Assembly: GCF_009914755.1 (NCBI RefSeq)
Contig: NC_060944.1
Source of the DNA: the human T2T-CHM13v2.0 reference genome, Homo sapiens
DNA: 64,000 nt
Strand: one strand, 5' to 3'
Shown here: in pieces, positions 59,494 to 64,000 of the stretch
How positions within the stretch are numbered: position 1 is the stretch's first letter
Layout of the letters: each line of letters starts with the position of its first letter
Notes under the pieces: model-generated
What the model was told of the DNA's origin: nothing
Seen by the model: only the letters and a program-made list of their open reading frames with translations
Databases searched by the model: none
Translations under genes and position numbers: made by a program

Positions 59494-60290
59494 TGATATG
59501 GTTTGGCTCTGTGTCCCCACCCAAATCTGTTGAGTTGTGATCCTCAGTGTTGGAGGAGGGACCTGGTGGGAGGTTATTGGATCATAAGGGCAGGTTCTTT
59601 TTTAAAAATTATTTTATTATTATTTTTTAAGTTCCAGGGTACAGGTATGTGCAGATTTGTTACATAGGTAAACATGTGTCATGGTGGTTTGCTGCACCTG
59701 ACAACCCATTACCTAGGTATTAAGCCCAGCATGCATCAGCTCTTTTCCCTAATGCTCTCCCCATCCCACCTTCCCCCAACTGGCCCCAGTGTGTGTTGTT
59801 ACCCTCCCTGTGTCCATGTGTTCTCATTATTCAGCTCCCACTTATAAGTGAGAATATGTGGTGTTTGGTTTTCTGTTCCTGCATTAGTTTGCTGAGGAGA
59901 ATGGCTTCCAGCTTCACCCATGTCTCTGCAAAGGACATGATCTCATTCCTTTTTATGGCTGCACAGTATTCCATCGTGTATATGTACCATTCTTTATCCA
60001 ATCTATCATTGATGGGCATTTGGGTTGATTCCATGTCTTTGCTATTGTGCCACAATGAACATATGAGTGCATGTATCTTTATAATAGAATGATTTATATT
60101 CCTTTGGGTATATAACCAGTAATGGGATTGCTGAGTCAAACGGTATTTCTGGTTCTAAATCTTTGAGGAATCACCACTCTGTCTTCCACAGTCATTGAAC
60201 TAATTTACATTTCCACCAACAGTGTAAAAGCATTCCTACTTCTCTGCATTCTCAGCAGTATCTGTTTTTTTTTTTTTTTGGACTTTTTAA
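59494..60290. mobile_element. MST/THE1 LTR start (+) followed by an L1PA 3' fragment (-)
   Basis: TGATATGGTTTGGCTCTGTGTCCCCACCCAAATCT, then L1 3' UTR/ORF2 end (IYTMEYCAAIKRNEIMSFA). Confidence 0.75.
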
Positions 60291-60832
60291 TAAAAAGTGG
60301 AAATGCATTTTGCATTCACATAACGTCAGTTCTGTTTCGTTTCATGGACAATGAAGTATAACTTACAGACTATAGAAAGCAGAGACACTCTCATATTTTT
60401 ACTTATGTGAATAAAAGTTGGGCCCATCTGCTCCCTCTCCTTTCTTTAACAATAGCACTACTGAGCTGTGATTTTGCCCAGTATCATCCCCCAGGAGACC
60501 AGTTCCCAGCCTCTTGGCAGCTGGGTGTGGCCGAGTGAGTCATCTCTGGCCAGGGAGATGAGAGCAAAGGACTGCAGCCACAGAGGCTTTGAGCTCCATT
60601 GCCCATACCCTGCTTTTCTTATGAAGAGAATTTATTCTCATCCCAGTGGTATCACTGAAAAGCTAAAGGCTGGGAAGATGAATGGAAGGGCCCGTGCTTT
60701 GGACATTCTGTTCCCATGAATCATATTTGCTTGGGAAATTAAGCAGGAACGAGAGCATTTTGGAAAACATGCTTCAGTTTCACTTTCAAAACAGGAACAG
60801 AGAAAAAGTAAAAACGAGAGAGGAAAACCAGC

Positions 60833-61159
60833 TGTGATGGCTAAATTTTTTGTGCCAACTTGGCTAGGCCATGGTGCCAGTTGTTTGGTGAAGCACCAAT
60901 CTGTGTGTTGTCATGAGGGTGTTTTGTAGATATTGTTAACATGTACAATCGGTTGATTTTCAGTGAAGAAAATAACCTTAGATAATGTGGCTGGACTCCA
61001 TTCAATTAGTTGAAGGACTTAAGGGCAAAAACTGAGATTTCCAGAAGAAGAATGAAGTCTGTTTTAGACTGTAACATATCCTGCCTGCCTGACAAATCCT
61101 GGACTTGCCAGGCCCCACAATCACATAAACAGATTCCTTAAAATAAATCTTTTTACATA

Positions 61160-61205
<46 letters not shown>

Positions 61206-61409
61206 TACACATTCTCTTAATAAATATAAATATATCTTAATATATGTACATAATATATATGTATACATTTCATGTTATATATGTATAATTGTATATTTAT
61301 GTGCACATAATATATATCCTATTGGTACAATCTCTTTATATATATATAGATGTGTGTGCGTATATATATCCTGTTGGCTCTGTTTCTCTGGAGAAACCAA
61401 GTTGATACA
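60833..61409 (+). mobile_element. MLT2-like ERV-L LTR with internal (TA)n/(CA)n expansion
   Basis: TGTGATGGCTAAATTT..CAACTTGGCTAGGCC start and TCTGTTTCTCTGGAGAA end. Microsatellite at 61155-61365. Confidence 0.7.
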
Positions 61410-61780
61410 TGTATTAGTCTGTTCTCACACTGCTATAAAGAAATACCTGAGACTGGGTAATTTATAAAGGAAAGAGTTTTAATTGACTCACAGTTCCACG
61501 TGGCTGAGGAAGCCTCAAGAAACTTATGACCATGGCAGAAGGTGAAGGGGAAGCAAGGATGTTCTTCACACAGCAGCAGGAGACAGTGTATGTAAAGAAG
61601 AAACTGTCAAACATTTACAAAACCATTAGATTGCATGAGAACTCACCATCATAAAGATAGCATGGGGAAAACTGCACCCATGGTCCAATCACCTCCCACC
61701 AGGTCCCTCCCTCAACACGGGGATTATGGAGATTACAATTCAAGATGAGATTTGAGTGTGGACACAGCCAAACCATATCA
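61410..61780 (-). mobile_element. MST/THE1 MaLR solo LTR
   Basis: TGTATTAGTCTGTTCTCACACTGCTATAAAG ... CAGCCAAACCATATCA. Confidence 0.85.
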
Positions 61781-61989
61781 ATACACTGACTAATTCAGCA
61801 AGAAGAGACAGACTTCCCTATGAACTTAAGGACTGGGACCAATTTGATACAAAGCACAATGTGGTTCTGAAGGCTGGCAGAGAGGGAGATGAGGACGAAC
61901 CTTGATTCAATTTCTCTTGCAGGGGCCACTGAAAAAGTGAGAGACACGTGAGCTATTGCTGAATTAGAAAACACTGACTGGGACTATCT

Positions 61990-62422
61990 AAAGTGAAATT
62001 AGCCAGACACAAAAAGACAAATACCGCATGTTCTCACTTATATGTGGGAGCTAAAAAGTCTGATCACATGGAAGCAGAGAGTGGAAAGATAGATACCAGA
62101 GACTGGGAAGGGTGAGTCACTGAAGGGGGAGGATGAAGAGAAGTGGGTTACAGGGTACAAATGTACAGTTAGATAGAAGAAACACATCTGATGTTTGATA
62201 GCAGAGTAGGGTGACTATAGTTAAACAAAAATGTATTGTATTCTGGTGATGGACTCCCTAAACAGTCTGACCTAATCACTATGCATTTATATAAATGCAA
62301 CAAAATTTCACATGTGCCCCATAAATTTGTACAAATAAAAACAAACAAAACAAAATTCTTATGCCTAAAAAAGGAAGAATGAAAGAACGAAAGAAAGAAA
62401 GAGAAAGAAAGAAGGAAAGAAA

Positions 62423-62500
<78 letters not shown>

Positions 62501-62510
62501 CAAAGAAAGA
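61990..62510 (+). mobile_element. L1 3' end followed by a (GAAA)n microsatellite (62370-62510)
   Basis: GCATGTTCTCACTTATATGTGGGAGCTAAA, then an A-rich tail. Confidence 0.8.
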
Positions 62511-62789
62511 GTGAATGGGGCCAAAGGCATCTCACTGATGGAGAGTAGAGTGGTCTCAGAGGACAGGCCAGAATGACACCTCGGGGGGTTGGTGGGGTGC
62601 AGGTAGGATCCAGGGAGCTACTGGCATCTGCGGGGAGCCTCTTAGGTCTGCACAAAGAGGACTCCCAGTAAGAACAGTTGAAGGTTTGCTTCCTACAACT
62701 GTTAGAATCACCTGCGGCGTGTGACTTTAGTTGTCTGGATGGGGCTTGTGAACCAGCATCCATTCAATGCATCCAGGTGATTCTTATAG

Positions 62790-63495
62790 TTGTTGGTTCA
62801 GGTTCTTGACTTCGCCACACAAAATAATTTGAGAGCAAGTCCAAAGTAACAGTAGGCAAAGAAGTCTGTTGCAAAGCAACAGCTACATTCTGAGAGGCAG
62901 AGGGGGCTGCTCAGAAGAAACAGCAGCTAGTGCCGTAAGGGAAATTCCCTTTATGGGAGCTGTTCATTCACATTCATAAAATACTGGTGAGGTCAAGTAT
63001 GCAAAGGTGGACTTGCGGTTGACACATGCACTCAGCATCTATGTGCTCTAACATGCATCACGTGCATCATCAGCACATAAAATCTCCACCTAGGAATGTG
63101 TTTTTTACTATTAAGATGAGGGAAATGACACTATAAGCCAAACCTTCAGCCTACTTGCATAGGTGGGACCCCAGAGAAGTTCTTAGCCCTCCACTCCCCT
63201 CAAAGTAGGAATTTGTAGCTAATATCTTCTTGGGCTTTGGAGCTGATTGGCTGGAGATTAGGGAAGCTACTTCATGAACAAGGGGCTTTTGTTCTCTTTC
63301 CCAGCTGCGTTGAGTATCAGGAACTTAAGACTCTGGCGGTTGGCTGGTACCGTGTAGGACTGCTTACCTTGCAAAAGAGTTAGATGCTGACACGTAAGGA
63401 TGCAAGTGAAAGGAGCCCACTGAGAAGTGAGCCCACAGGGCTTCACACAAGCGGATGAGCCAGTATGGCCCCCTAACCTTCCTTATCCAGCCTCA
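62790..63495 (-). mobile_element. ERV1-type solo LTR (family uncertain)
   Basis: TCAGGTTCTTGACTTCGCCAC..GAGAGCAAGTCC start and CCTTATCCAGCCTCA end resemble antisense ERV1 LTRs. Confidence 0.5.
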
Positions 63496-64000
63496 TTCTG
63501 TGCCCCCAGGAATGAGGACCACAGTCTTAGCAACTGGGCCAGGTCTTCTGACCAACTTCACCAACGTGAAATCATCGAAGCTCCACTGGTGGTTTCTCAG
63601 GTGATGCGGACACTGTAGGTGAAGATACAGGTTTGATTCAGCTTCAAGAGGACGTGCTTGATAAACTCAAGGAAAATAAGAGAGGATGAGCAGAGGTGGG
63701 ACCTACCAAAGGGGAGTCAGTCACCGGTGTCTCAGGTCAGTGCTCATTCTGATGGAAAACAGTTATCCCACTCAGGGTGAGAGAATAAACAAGACCTGTT
63801 CAACATCACATGACTTGAGCAGACTGGAAGTGACTGATTTATATCCTTCCTTAGGGTATCCCTTGGGCAAAATGCAGTGGACTGCGTAAGAAGAGGAAAG
63901 GAGTGGGGCTTGAACACAAGGAAAGAATCAAGGACTTTCCAAAATTTCACTGCAAGTAGGCATGAGCACACACTGCTTCTCATGTTTACTACTTTGTCTC

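Noticed and set aside
62169-62763. Phe/Leu/Ser- and Lys/Glu/Arg-rich ORFs
   Set aside because: Translations of the (GAAA)n microsatellite.

Overview
Mammalian (human-like) genomic DNA from the type-2 cystatin cluster, recognised as the CST9L-CST9 interval of 20p11.21. It holds three paralogous 3-exon CRES-subgroup cystatin units. CST9L (- strand) is intact at 147 aa. An inverted CST9L-like pseudogene (+ strand) has a broken exon 1 but intact exons 2-3. CST9 (- strand) encodes 159 aa. The rest is mostly transposon-derived: a full-length L1PA2-type element with intact ORF1 and ORF0 and a frameshifted ORF2, an older full-length L1PA, nested L1PB/L1M elements, a decayed two-LTR ERV1 provirus, Alus, MER58A, MER5A and MaLR/ERV-L LTRs. 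Main observations: (1) CST9 still has an open exon 3, but its splice acceptor reads GG instead of AG, which explains a non-canonical Cys-rich intron-derived C-terminus; (2) the pseudogene frameshift sits at the centre of a perfect 15-bp-arm palindrome, suggesting a template-switch mutation; (3) the three paralogs are a patchwork consistent with gene conversion; (4) the L1PA2 antisense promoter and ORF0 point toward CST9L. No new biological system is established; these are mechanistic leads. Repeat subfamily names are from recall of consensus sequences and need confirmation with RepeatMasker/Dfam.
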